Shown: positions 14,287-30,370 of the stretch, in pieces
How positions within the stretch are numbered: position 1 is the stretch's first letter
Layout of the letters: each line of letters starts with the position of its first letter
Assembly (NCBI GenBank): GCA_964016885.1
Contig: OZ024742.1
Span: 113,212,001 to 113,276,000, forward strand
Reading direction: 5' to 3'
Length of the DNA stretch: 64,000 nucleotides
Source: Eledone cirrhosa
Lineage: Eukaryota
The notes under the pieces: model-generated
Seen by the model: only the letters and a program-made list of their open reading frames with translations
The model's database searches: none
Told to the model about the DNA's origin: nothing
Translations under genes and position numbers: made by a program

Positions 14287-14797
14287 CATGTGTGTGTGTG
14301 CGTGTGTGTATGAGAGTTCTTGCTTTTTTTATGATGCAAAGAGAAATAATTTATCGTTTAACGGGAGTAACTCGAAAACGGGATGAGAAATATATGATGA
14401 ATGATTGATAGAAAAATAGAAAAAAATAAACAAGATCTTAAGTGGTCCATATCCGAAACATTTAGTAGTAATGTGATGACAGCGATTAAACATATCCAGG
14501 TTGGTGTTTAAATAACTCTTGTTGGTGGAAAGATATTTGAGGATAAATCATATTTTATCGCTGCATGACTTGCATATTTTACATTTATTTACATAGGATC
14601 GAGATTTTCGATTATTTTTCATTTGATGGATAAATGTGTACCATGCTCGATCTGTTCCTTTCGTCTGCGAGTCTGAGAGTTGTTTCGTGATTTAGGAAAT
14701 GCTTTTTAAATGGGTTGATCTTTGATAATTCTTTCATAGAGAAAAACGTATTATCGGTCGAACGTCTTGATATGTATATATACTTGTGTAAATATGA

Positions 14798-14873
<76 letters not shown>

Positions 14874-14914
14874 GACAAGTAAGTATGTTTTGAAACAGTG
14901 AGCAGGTTTGAAAT

Positions 14915-15137
14915 TAGAAAATAGAATAGCTCTCACCGTATTTTTGACTAAAGAAAATTTAGACTGATAATGGGATTTAGAACCCTCAGATAAATGGAAA
15001 AAGATGAGTATTGACATACATGTACGTCAATATTCATCTTTTTCCATTTATCTTAGGGTTCTACCTCATTATCAGGCTAAACCCATTATCAGGCTAACAT
15101 TTCTTTAGTCAAAAATACGGTGTGAGCTATTCTTTTT
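14915..15137. repeat. ~220-bp imperfect palindrome
   Basis: agaatagctctcaccgtatttttgactaaagaaa ... tttctttagtcaaaaatacggtgtgagctattct, centred near 15022, with a small internal duplication in the right arm. Confidence 0.9.
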
Positions 15138-15520
15138 ATATATATATAGATATATCTGTATATTAATATATGTGTATGTGTGTGCGTGTGCTTGTCAGTA
15201 GTGTGTGAACAAATGTAAACATAAATAAATATACAATCGTGTCAGTACAGTGGAAAAATATATTGGTTTTATGCTTGAAATAATAGGAGACATTCTTGAC
15301 GTTTGGTACACCAGTTTTTTCATCAAGAGGGGAATGAGAAATACTATACATAATACTTGCCTAAACATCAGTACAAGCACCTTCGTGATATCATAACAGA
15401 GGAGTTATATACGACAACAATTCAATACTGCTTGCACAGAATCTGGCGACCGATATATTAACATAGTATATTTACCAACCCACACGCGCACACGCACACA
15501 CTCACATATATACATGTCTC

Positions 15521-15600
<80 letters not shown>

Positions 15601-15770
15601 ATGTATGTGTGTGCATGCGTTATTTATTCTAGGGATATTTAGAGATATCCTTAAATATTATCTATATTAATCCTGTACTGCTTAATTTAAACTTATACTC
15701 GCACAAACGCACACACACACACACGCACACACACATACACACACACACACTCGCGCGCGCACACACACAT

Positions 15771-15862
<92 letters not shown>

Positions 15863-16409
15863 TTATATATACGTACATTGATGCATATATGTATTGTTTC
15901 ATTTTGTGTTATATGTATGTGTGGAAAAGTGAAATTCTGTTCTTCATAACTTATATCATACGCACAATATGTTCTTTTGAAACCTGACTCCAACCAGCGT
16001 AAAATGTACTACATCTTCTTTGGCAGTTTGTTGATTTATTTTCGTTAGTGACTACATGATTATTTTCTATTGGTCCTTCTTCAATGGATGCCTGTATATT
16101 TGAAGTCGTGGTAACAATGTATTCCTGCAGGCTAATATTGGCTAATTGTGGCTTGTTAAAGATAACAAAATACAATTCTTTGTGCTTCTTAAATACATCG
16201 GCGCATATCATCAAGTATTTTGTATGCACGCACGAATGTGTGTCTTCACACGCACCATACCCCCCCCCCCCCCCATACACACACAGATATAGATATATAT
16301 ATAATATATTTATTGATCGATAGTTAAGTCGGGTGTACTCAATGTATCAATGTAGTCAATGCATATGTAGAGTGACAACAGAGCTTTACATAGAAAAGAC
16401 CTCAACGGT

Positions 16410-16455
16410 ACCACGAATGAAACAGTTCCAGTCCCGTAGAAGCTCGCTCTATATA
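16410..16455 (+). mobile_element. 3' half of a family C hammerhead/pLTR
   Basis: cacgaat GAAA cagttccag TC ccgtagaagctc aligns to 37752-37785. Confidence 0.6.
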
Positions 16456-17294
16456 AACCTCGCTCTACCCACTTCCCCTTGCCCCCTCTCTTCTTCTCCC
16501 TCTACTGCTAGTCACCTTCTCTCGGCTAGCCTGCCACTATAACTATCTCTTTCTCGCTTACCCATACTTTCACTCATTCCCTCTCCGCTTGTCACCCTCC
16601 CTCCGCTAGCTCACTTCCTCCCTCGTCCGCCGCTGTAAGCAGTCTCTTCTCTCGCTCACACTGTACAATGAAAACGTGTTTATTTTTCCATCGTCAAACC
16701 CGCCAGAACTTATGCTCGAAACGAGTTGTTTAATTGATTTATTGATTTTTCCTTTCTTTTCGTTTCTGTTTACATTTACCCCCCCCCCCGCACTTTTTTA
16801 TCCCAATAACTTAGTTTAGTTATTGTTCGGCTTAGATATGTTGTCTCTAACGCGAAGAAATACCTATGATTCCTAGCAGACAACTGACGATGGATATTGC
16901 CCACTTTCGCCTGTAACAGTTATTTTCATTATATGTATACATATATATATATATATAATCGATACATGTCTATTGGTGACTAAATATATTAGAAATACGG
17001 AGCCCGACAACAACGCGCCAGTGGTATAAAGCTTTTCACGTTACAGGAAGGATCTTTAGAAGTGGTTCACCGTTTCTGCTATATAGGTGCCTTAATCAAT
17101 AGTGGTGGATGTGGGTTCTAGAGAATAATAGCTAGGATAAGGTAAGGATGGAAGACATTTAGTTAACTACTACTGTTGTGAACAAAATGTTTCCCCATAC
17201 GTACAAAAGTTCGACTGTATGACCTGTGTACGAAGAAACATGAGGCATTGTAGAGATACATGGGCATTATGTGCAGAAGGCATGCATATACTGG

Positions 17295-17708
17295 AGATGG
17301 ATTGGCACTATGGGTAAAGGGTCGGACGCCATGCTTTGCAGCATAGAGTTACGCCCATTTGCGGCCTGGATCCAAATTCCACCGATATTAAACTTGCCTT
17401 TCTTTCTTATGGGGTCGCTGAAATAAAGTACCAGTAATGCACAGGGGTTATTGCTGGCCTTGCGCCAACAGTAGAAACAATTATATAATACCGCAATTAA
17501 ATACGCTATTTAAGGGCGGTGGCTTGGCAATCTCGGTAGACTGTCAGATACTATGCTTTGCTGGATAGAGTCATGACCCTTTGTGTTCTTAGTTATAATC
17601 GCGCCGAGTTTAATTTTGCTTTCCATCTTTATATGGTTGATAACATATAACACCAGTAATTTACTGGGTTATTTCTGGCTTTGTGCCAAAAAGTAGAAAC
17701 AATTATTC
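17295..17708 (+). mobile_element. Two adjacent diverged SINE copies (17295-17485, 17512-17708)
   Basis: Both carry the tRNA-like head, the ggggtcgataaaataaagtaccagt-like core and the gccaaaagtagaaacaatta tail. Confidence 0.8.
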
Positions 17709-19097
17709 ATCACATTAATTCATTATTTTCGTAAATAATTTGCTACATTTTGCACATTTGGCGTGATGCTATACATTGCAATAATTGAAGAATTACAAAG
17801 GGGTTTATATGTCCTGCGATATAAAAATAACTAAGTTGTATTTTATTTACTGAGGCAAATATCAGAGAAGATTATCATGAATCTGATATGGTAATATGGG
17901 ATATATTTAGCAGCATATATTATATTACCGAAAACATTGAAACCCCAATACAAACATGTATTGACATTGGTATTTCTTAATTAATTATTCACATTAAAAA
18001 ATTAATCTGAGGTCGAATCTGTGCATCTGATCTGCAAAAAACTATGCAAAAAAGAAAATGGTACTATATTTTTCAACCATTGAAATGCATGTCATTATCA
18101 AATGCCTTTTACTACTGAAAAGTATAACTTCCATTTTGTGAATGACAACATTCTTTGAAAACATATCTTTGTGAGAAAATATGAACTCATACTTTTTCAT
18201 AAATAATTTCTTGATGATACGGAGTACCTTATATACATACATTTGAAACCGCCTGAGCTCATATGTATAGCCATATACAATTTTACGTATAGACAATCGT
18301 TCAAATAAATAGTAAAAATAACATTCAGGCTTCTGAAGAAAATTTCCCCTGTTTGAATTGGAGAAATCCGAGAAACCATTGCCTGAAAAATATAGTAAGA
18401 CATCTTTGTGGAGAAAGCCAGAACTAGACAGACGGATGAAGAAGCCTTCCCTCCACCACTGATGTGTACGCATCTCCAAGCCGTCCGGGCGATGGAGGTG
18501 GAGTATGTATTTTGTTTCGGAGAGGACTGGATCTCACGATAAGGGCCATTTTCCTAGACTCAGATGCAGGGTGGTTGTGCTGGATGTGAACAGCAGCAAA
18601 GGGGACACTTTCAGGTTTGTAGTCTTCTATGACAGAACAAGGGCAGGGCGGCCTGATGTTTCTGGTACCTAGAAACCTTCTTAGGATGCAGTGCGTGCCG
18701 AAACACAAAATAGACTTTATTACTCAGCTCTTTGGTTTGCCAGAGTTCTCACAGTCTGAGGCACAGTACTCCATAGGCCGATAACAGCCCTTGAAATATG
18801 GGAGGCAATGGCTTACAAGGGGTAAATTACATGTTTGGTTGGTCTGCCGTACGAGCTTTATGTTCTCCTGCCAGACTTGTTCCGCAACCTTTTGGTGGAT
18901 ATCTACTGTTTTCCCTCGTTGAATTTTAGCGCACTCGCATCTCACTGAGGCACAATCACACAAACGCACACACACAGGCAGGCAGACACACGCTGACGGA
19001 CGTACACACAGCCAGACTGACATACACACACAAACTGCAAACACATGCACACGCACACACACACACGCAAATATATATATATATATATATATATCTA

Positions 19098-19235
19098 TAA
19101 CAAAGGACGTGTGGTAAGGAACCAGATGAACCATAACGCACCAGAATACTCAATACATACGGTAGTAGAGTGGGTAATAGGAAAAAGTTTAACCCCGACG
19201 GCAGAGCTCTGCCGTCAGGGTTAAACGTTTTACTA
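19098..19235 (-). mobile_element. PLE pLTR-derived fold-back mini-element (family D)
   Basis: Same tail as 12958, ending in the hairpin aaccccgacggcagagctctgccgtcagggtt. Lies in (TA)n. Confidence 0.8.
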
Positions 19236-19244
19236 TATATATAT

Positions 19245-19289
<45 letters not shown>

Positions 19290-20531
19290 CGTGTGCGTAT
19301 TTATATGTCTTATATAATCTTAGCAGTAACTGTAGATTATATGATTTTTGCGTATAAATGTTTGCCGGGGATGCTGATTTCCTTATATTGCGTCAGTCAT
19401 AACATTTATCATGTACATTAAGTAATGTATTTTCTTTTCCTGCTTCCAAAGCAAGGTTGCTCTCTCCCTGGTGAAGCTTATACTTGTTATAGTCGGCTTC
19501 ACTAAATCATCGGAATCATTATTCAAAGACACCAAATCCGTACCTCATTCATAAACAAACTACTGACCGCGAGGCGCCTGAGACCTGTTTGTATTTCGGA
19601 ATGCCATGCCTCAGTTCAATTTTTTTTTTAGTAGAGTGGCCGACCTTTTGATGAACCATCTACTATGCGGCTCAAACCTGTTGCCCTGTCTGTAGAAAGT
19701 CTTATATTCCATTCTTTTTACTGCAGTCAACTCCACTGTAAATTACATGCCCAAACCAACATCTTATTCTTATTTGCACACCGCATCAGATTTAGCTTCT
19801 GTATATATTTCCTCTGTATTCAAATATGCCGCCAGATTGATGCAGATTTATATTACACATCAAGCAGAAAATGCTAACTTGAATTCGTTCTAGGATTTGC
19901 AAATCTTCTGCAATAAAGTCTAATGTTTCACTGCCATATAATCTTACATTGCGCACGCAGGAGGCAAAACACCTATCATCTATATTTATATTATTAGAAA
20001 TGTTACAAGTTCACTGAATCACTTCATCTCTTTTATATTCTTGCTACTAGACACTTCAGAACAAATTTTCCAACAATTGATTAGGTCATCTTGGTAACTC
20101 ATTTTAGATTGGAGGATACTGTTAAACAACCTCCCTAAATCCACAGTTGATAATTATAGAGGATTAATATCAACCAAGTACTTCAACAGTTATCGCAAAA
20201 GGTAATGTAGACCCGTACCTAGGTTCTTTCCTCCCTAATTAATTTTGCGGTAATCCATTCAGTAAAATTCATGAATTGGAATTGTTTTTCTCATTTCAAC
20301 CTCCACAACCTCTCTGATTCACGATATAAATTACGATATTTGCATTTAAATGATAGTCCACAAACTGATCTATATATCCATTTCCTCTCATCTAGCCATT
20401 GCTCCGTAACCGAGCTGATTGACCGACTTCTACATCCGAAATTATTTCTTTAATTAGATTTTAGAATCATTAATATACACACACTCTATCCAATCATGCA
20501 TCGAGTGTTTCTTGGATCTTCTGGGTCACCG

Positions 20532-20590
<59 letters not shown>

Positions 20591-21149
20591 TATATATGTA
20601 CAAATATAAATTACCGCGAATCGTATTTCGGCTATTGGAAATTAGCGAAAAACAACTCCGAGATGTGTGTCAAACGCTCAATAGATTCTGACGAACCAGA
20701 GCTACAACATACGTTAAAAGGCCAAACACACTGATACGATGGTTAAACCATTATCCGCACAGCCATAGAAACGACCAAGTAATTCGGTCAAACAAATAAC
20801 AAAATATGATTGACAAATTTACCCGGACCCCGGGATGGTTGGTAAAAATCAAGCATTTGGGTTTCTGCGACTCCTAAATCAAATACGGCCCGCTTAGACA
20901 GATAATGCTAAACTTTTGGTAAGATGATTGAACAAGGAAGTCACTTTCTCAACAGGTTTTAGTTCAAATGCCAGGTGATCATCAACACCTGCCTGGTGAC
21001 CCTGTAATATACGAGCGAAGCTGCAGAGTATCAAGACTCACAATGTAGACTTAATGTAATGAATATTAAAATTCTTACCAGGTATTCAGTACTCTTTTCT
21101 CTCAGCGGTCAACCACATAATGTATATATATAATATATATATACGTATA

Positions 21150-21191
<42 letters not shown>

Positions 21192-21392
21192 TCGTTTGGA
21201 AGCCTCGACAATGCAAATGGGTAAATCTCCGGGTAACAAGGTCCGGTGGTGGAGAGAGAGATGTAAGTGGGTGTACGTTGAGATGCGTGGTGTGTATAAG
21301 ATGTGTGAGATGTGTAGAATGAAGGGAAGAGTATAAAGGATAAAATTAAAATAACAACACAAGAGAGAGTTACCTTGGGAGAGATTTAATAG

Positions 21393-21429
21393 TCCCTATA
21401 TATTTCGGATTCACATCCATCAACTGGGG
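21393..21429 (-). ncRNA. Decayed hammerhead ribozyme
   Basis: ccc CAGTTGA t ggat gtga atcc GAA ATATAT A ggg. All three stems are present and the CUGANGA box has two substitutions. Confidence 0.55.
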
Positions 21430-21518
21430 TTTTTTTCCGGGGTGGGGGAAAAGGTTGTCTGTCGGACAAGTCCGGAACGCGTCCTTCGCTGTTTGTTGTT
21501 TTGAATATCTGATATTCA

Positions 21519-22455
21519 AGAGAAAGCTTTAAGCAATACTCCGACCGGCTTCCATCTCACTCAACAAACATTAGGATATACCTTAGTATAATCCTAATTT
21601 TACGTTTGGGGTGCTAACTATATGTATTTTGCGTATAGCCAGTTGTATTATTTTATATGATACATAATTAAAATAGATCTCCCTTTCCAAACAATTGTTT
21701 CATTATAAGTTTTCTACAAGTTGGGAAAATGTGTCCAGGTTATGTAGAAGCCTACACATAGTCCGTAGGATTATATGCAGGTCGGCACTTATGAATCATC
21801 AGTGGATGCCCGTCAAACATCGATATAAAAAAAAATGTTCATACCGATATTCAATGTTCAGCGATGGTCCCCTTCCGTATCAGAATGACCGCCAAATTTT
21901 AAATTCCAGCAGTCTCAGAATGAGAAATTTCACATTGTCATCAAGCAGAAAGGGGAGGTCATCACAAAACACAAGAAAATAAAATAATATGCACGCGGGT
22001 CAATGTATTATTTTAATAATGTTAACCTTGCGTGTGAAGAACTCAATTAGAATTTAAAATATATATATATATATATATGCATGTACTATTCATACACGCA
22101 TATAGGTATTTTCTTAGGCTAAAATCAGAGATAAGATACCAGAACAACAATCAATATTTCATACGAATAATAAATACGGAAAGTTACACTTAAAAGGTAT
22201 CTGGAAATATTCGTCTCTGGCCAAATCAAGAGTATAATATTTAGTAAATTAACAGAGAAAGCTTTAAGCAATACTCCGACCGGCTTCCATCTCACTCAAC
22301 AAACATAAGGATATACCTTAGTATAATCCCAATTTTAAGTTTGGGGTGCTAACTATATGTATTTTGCGGATAGCCAGTTGTATTATTTTATATGAGACAT
22401 AATTAAAATACATCTCCCTTTCCAAACAATTGTTTCATTATAAGTTTTCTACAAG

Positions 22456-22457
<2 letters not shown>
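21519..22457. repeat. ~204-bp direct repeats 735 bp apart (21519-21722, 22254-22457)
   Basis: Near-identical agagaaagctttaagcaatactccgacc...ttttctacaagtt. The second copy ends in (TA)n. Confidence 0.92.
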
Positions 22458-22502
<45 letters not shown>

Positions 22503-22514
22503 TATATATATAGG

Positions 22515-22686
22515 TAAGTTATTCCGGGTTGAATCGGAGGTAACCACAGTGAGTAAGGTACTCAATACATACCAGAGTAAAACAGATTTAATATTGAAGA
22601 TATTCTACAGGACTAGAACTGTTTCATTCATTAGAATGATTGTTTCTAAAGAATGGGACAGTTCTAGTCCTGTAGAATCTCATCTA
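22515..22686 (-). mobile_element. PLE pLTR-derived fold-back mini-element (family C)
   Basis: Tail homologous to 37578-37700. The terminal palindrome attctacaggactagaactgt...acagttctagtcctgtagaat is built on the HHR 3' half. Confidence 0.75.
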
Positions 22687-22711
22687 TATATATATATATG
22701 TGTGTGTGCGT

Positions 22712-22742
<31 letters not shown>

Positions 22743-22869
22743 CGTGTGTGTGTGTGTATGTGTGTCTGTGTGTATGTGTGTGTGTATACATATATATAAA
22801 TATACATATATATATATATATATATATACAATATTAAATAAATGGAAACTATATTTATAAAACCATATT

Positions 22870-22935
22870 TATTTCATTATATATATTTCAGGGATATCAT
22901 ATTAACAATATGCTATGCCTTCCTCAGACAAAATA
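22870..22935 (-). ncRNA. Hammerhead ribozyme in inverted pLTR
   Basis: Reverse complement of 27092-27157. Confidence 0.85.
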
Positions 22936-24020
22936 CAATATAAACAGTTTTATAGATAAATAGATTCGACATACCGTAACAACATCTACTTGCATTTGAG
23001 AAGGTTGATTTGGTAGTGACAAAATTGTACACAGAGAGAAAGAAAGAGAGAGAGAAAGAGAGAAAACAAGAGAGAAAAAAGGAAAGAAAGACAGAAAATG
23101 AAGAAAAAGAAAAGGAAGAAATGCATGGAACAAAATAGAGAGATGGAAAGATAGATAAAGAGAAGAACTTCATGTAAAGAAACAGAAAGAGATATATATA
23201 TAGAGAGAGAGAGAGGAAATAGAGATAGATACATATATATAGAAAGCTAGGTAGTGGGATGTCTGTTGAATGACGTATCAATGATACATTTATTTATTTA
23301 TTTATTTATTTAGCTCTAGTATTAATGTAAGGGAGATATATGGAGGGAAAACCAGCTGTTATATAGGGAGAGAAAAAATATAGAGAGAGAAAAAAGAGAG
23401 AGAAAAAATTCAAAAATATCCAGACACAAGCGAGGCGTAAAAACCTCTGTTTTGATGTAGAGGTATTAGTATTTACAAAACCAGCCTCTACATTGTAAAT
23501 ATCAGTATTCCTGAATGAGATATGTATCCACAATGTGTGAAAATTAATGATCTTATGTTTAGTTTTTTTTTTAAATTCATATGTTTATGTGATAATTACA
23601 AACATCTATGTGAATGTACATGATCAATTCTGCAAACCCTAAGTTCACGGAAAGTATTCTCAATGCGGTATAAAAATTTAAGTATACATATATGTGTATA
23701 TAGAGTCAATATTACTATTTCTGTCTCTACTCTACAAGATTATCTATCAAGCAAAAATAGAGCAGATTTCAATATACTAATAAAAATAAAAATATATCGG
23801 AAACAAAACTAAAAATAACAATAATAATAATAAGTAATAATAAAATAGAAAACTAAGAAATATTACGAAAGAATATTAGATATTAAAAATATTGCATATT
23901 AAAAAATTTACATATTAAAAATATTAAAGATAAAAATATTAGGAAATACTACAATGATAAAAATAAAATAAACCACAAAGATCAACCCTTCAAAATTAAT
24001 TGACAATTGCCAATATATTG

Positions 24021-25707
24021 AAACCGAAGATCAATATGAAAGATCACAAGCGGAATTTTGAAAATGACCTGCCAGTTAGATTGATCGCACCATCAAAATC
24101 GGACCTGGGCAAATTAAGCAAAAACATTCTTGACAGGGTGATACAGCAAATTAAGAACTTGGATTGTTTATCTAACCTGAGCTTGTGGAAGGGAACTGGA
24201 GAGGTCGTTGAGTGGTTTAAGCAAATTAGATATAACAATAATAATAAGTTTATTCAACTTGATATAGCTAACTATTATTCTTCTATTACCCCTAATCTAC
24301 TAAATAAGGCACTAAATTACGCATTCAAACATACTGACCTAACTAGCAATGAAATGCATATTATATTATCGGCTAGGAAAACTTTGATAGAATTTAATGA
24401 CCAATTATGGACCAGAGGAGATAGAGATAGCAATTTTGACATTACTATGGGATCATCAGACTCAGCCCAGGTAACTGACCTTGTGGGTTTATTTTTAATC
24501 AATTCGCTACATAGGAAAATACCCGGTACTACCGGAGGTTTATATAGAGACGACATGCTTTTACTTATTGATAATAATAACTCTGAACTAAATAGAAAAT
24601 GTAAACAAATTACACAATTTTTTAATTACTTTAATCTTAAAATAGAAATTGAAAACAACCATAGAATAGTCAATTTCCTAGATATAACATTAAATCTCAA
24701 CACATGTCTTCACTATCCTTTTCACAAGTTGAATGAAAACTTAAACTATATAAACTTTAACTCTAACCACCCCAGATCTGTCAAAAACACTATAGTAAAC
24801 TCTGTCCAAAAACGTATCTCTAGGATCTCGTCGAATAGAAAGATTTTCGACGAAAAAGCCCAATACTACAATGAAGCATTAGCTAGAGCAGGATATGCTG
24901 ATAAGATTGTGTACATAGATAATGATAGACAAACTAAACGAAGTAACAACTTTTTTAATTACGGCAACATCCTTAACAACTATAATAGAAAGCATTACAA
25001 TAATTCCAAAGGCCAAAAAAGAAATAGAACTAGGATCATAATTTGGTTTGCCCCCCCCCCCTTTCTCACTAAACATTAAAACCCACATCGCTAAACTATT
25101 TTTTAAAGCTCTTGATAATCGCTTCCCTAGAACACATAGATATCACTCAATTTTCAATAGACATACAATTAAATTAACCTACTCATCCACCAAAATTTTA
25201 GCACAAAATATCAATAGAATAAATAATAGGAACTTAAAACTTAGTGATAACAGCATAAATAATATACAAGTTAACAAATGTAACTGTAGAGATAGATCTA
25301 AATGTCCGTTAAATAACAACTGCTTAGTTAACAATATAGTATACAATTGTAATGTTAATACTGACTCTAATTCTTTTAACTACGTCGGTTCCACATCGAC
25401 GGAATTTAAACTTCGCTATAATAACCACAAGAATTCTTTCACAGATCCAAGTAAAAAGTCTTCAACGGCACTATCAGGCGTACTATGGCAACTTAATCTA
25501 GATAACGTTAGATATTCGACGGCTTGGAATATAGTCTCAAGGGGGATTCCTTTTAATTCATCCTCTGAGACATGTGACCTCTGCGCAGAGGAGATATTCT
25601 TTATACTAAAATCTAAAAATTCCCTTAATCTACGGACAAATTTATTCAGTTGTTGCAAACATAGATTAAACTCAACGTTTAAATATAAATTTAAATTTAA
25701 AATGTAG
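24021..25707 (+). CDS. PLE RT + GIY-YIG endonuclease (N-terminally truncated; single frameshift in a C11 run at 25051-25061)
   Basis: KDHK, PVRLIAPSKSDLG, QLDIANYYSSI, FDITMGSSDSAQ, GGLYRDD, NFLDITL and SNHP, then CNCRDRSKCPL..CL..NIVY...YVG...FKLRYNNH...CDLC.EE...CKH. Confidence 0.93.
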
Positions 25708-27091
25708 TATATTTAGTTTGATTTATAATTATATGGGAAACTAGCCGATAAATCTTTGATTCTCTTTTTATTCTTTTTATTTTTATTTTATTTATTTAAA
25801 CATTCTTCATGAAAAATTAAGCTACCCTAAAAGTTGATGCTCCAAATATTTCGAATAAACGTTACACTAGATAAACTCTATATTAAATATAAGAACACAT
25901 GTAGACCAAATTGGGCATCCTATACTTTTTGAAATGATCTTTGCTAGATGCGATTTGATAAATCATTTTTGGCTTTATCTGTTTTTCGACTCTGATGTTA
26001 ATAATGAACTTGGCAATATATTGTCAATTAATTTTGAAGGGTTGATCTTTGTGGTTTATTTTATTTTTATTATTGTAGTATTTCCTAATATTTTTATCTT
26101 TTATATTTTTAATATGTAAATTTTTTAATATGCAATATTTTTAATATCTAATATTCTTTCGTAATATTTCTTAGTTTTCTATTTTATTATTACTTATTAT
26201 TATTATTGTTATTTTTAGTTTTGTTTCCGATATATTTTTATTGTTATTAGTATATTGAAATCTGCTCTATTTTTGCTTGATAGATAATCTTGTAGAGTAG
26301 AGACAGAAATAGTAATATTGACTCTATATACACATATATGTATACTTAAATTTTTATACCGCATTGAGAATACTTTCCGTGAACTTAGGGTTTGCAGAAT
26401 TGATCATGTACATTCACATAGATGTTTGTAATTATCACATAAACATATGAATTTAAAAAAAAAACTAAACATAAGATCATTAATTTTCACACATTGTGGA
26501 TACATATCTCATTCAGGAATACTGATATTTATAATGTAGAGGCTGGTTTTGTAAATACTAATACCTCTACATCAAAACAGAGGTTTTTACGCCTCGCTTG
26601 TGTCTGGATATTTTTGAATTTTTTCTCTCTCTTTTTTCTCTCTCTATATTTTTTCTCTCCCTATATAACAGCTGGTTTTCCCTCCATATATCTCCCTTAC
26701 ATTAATACTAGAGCTAAATAAATAAATAAATAAATAAATGTATCATTGATACGTCATTCAACAGACGTCCCACTACCTAGCTTTCTATATATATGTATCT
26801 ATCTCTATTTCCTCTCTCTCTATATATATATATATCTCTTTCTGTTTCTTAACATGAAGTTCTTCTCTTTATCTATCTTTCCATCTCTCTATTTTGTTCC
26901 ATGCATTTCTTCCTTTTCTTTTTCTTCGTTTTCTGTCTTTCTTTCCTTTTTTCTCTCTTTTTTTCTCTCTTTCTCTCTCTCTTTCTTTCTCTCTGTGTAC
27001 AATTTTGTCACTACCAAATCAACCTTCTCAAATGCAAGTAGATGTTGTTACGGTATGTCGAATATATTTATCTATAAAACTGTTTATATTG

Positions 27092-27157
27092 TATTTTGTC
27101 TGAGGAAGGCATAGCATATTGTTAATATGATATCCCTGAAATATATATAATGAAATA
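27092..27157 (+). ncRNA. Type I hammerhead ribozyme with long stem II
   Basis: tattttgt CTGAGGA agg-c-ata-g-catatt gtt aatatg-a-tat-c-cct GAA ATATATAT A atgaaata. Predicted cleavage after 27149. Confidence 0.85.
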
Positions 27158-27286
27158 AATATGGTTTTATAAATATAATTTCCATTTATTTAATATTGTA
27201 AATATACTCCAAATATTTGTCGAGTGCTTTTATATCAGTTATAAATATTTACTAGTTGTAAGCCAATAATTTAAATATAACTTTCC

Positions 27287-27319
<33 letters not shown>

Positions 27320-27839
27320 GGGTGTATGTGCGTGTGTGTGTGTGTGCATGTAACGTAATGAAAATTCAATATTACTTACTAATTCGACATTATCGGAAAA
27401 TGAAAGTATTTGAAAAAGTTATATTGTAAAAAACATTTGCGCGAGTTCTGTTTATGCAATGAAACAAATAATTTACATAGTCAGAAATCCGTCTTGTTTT
27501 AAAATACAATAATATATGTAAAGTATATATGAAATATTGTAAAATTGTAGAAAATAATATATATAATCTTTTCTGAATATATATTCGAAATTGAAATTAT
27601 ATGAATATGTTTATATTTGAATACATATATTCTATATTTTATATTCCATTCATTTTCAATTATTTGTTTCATGGTTTCATTTTCTATGTATGTTGCTTTT
27701 TTACTTTACAGTTTGCCTTGTGTTTCTTGTTATTGTTTTATCTTTTGATGGTGTATTCAAAATACGTCACAAACGAAATATATCTACAATAAAGAATATG
27801 TCACACCAATGAATCTATATGTATATGTTTATATATATA

Positions 27840-30370
<2,531 letters not shown>

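Larger units (their letters stand above)
22827..27287 (+). mobile_element. Naiad-type Penelope-like element 1, 5'-truncated, with ~1.19-kb inverted pseudo-LTR
   Basis: The left arm 22827-24012 is the reverse complement of 26010-27200. RT-EN coding sequence lies between the arms, there is an ~87-bp 3' tail, and both flanks are (TA)n. Confidence 0.93.

Noticed and set aside
18400-18940. GC-richer segment with ORFs 18424-18708 and 18724-19134
   Set aside because: No recognisable domain or splice pattern. Probably a TE remnant, but I cannot support that.
22913-27114. Duplicated hydrophobic ORFs (MIRHSTD.., MWIHISF..; likewise MLYIIPAL.. at 44966/46850/50887)
   Set aside because: They recur only because they lie in pLTR copies and reflect low-complexity T-rich sequence. 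One overlaps the HHR.
22827-27200. DNA transposon with long TIRs
   Set aside because: The interior encodes RT + GIY-YIG, one arm has a tail and both arms hold HHRs, so this is an inverted PLE pLTR.
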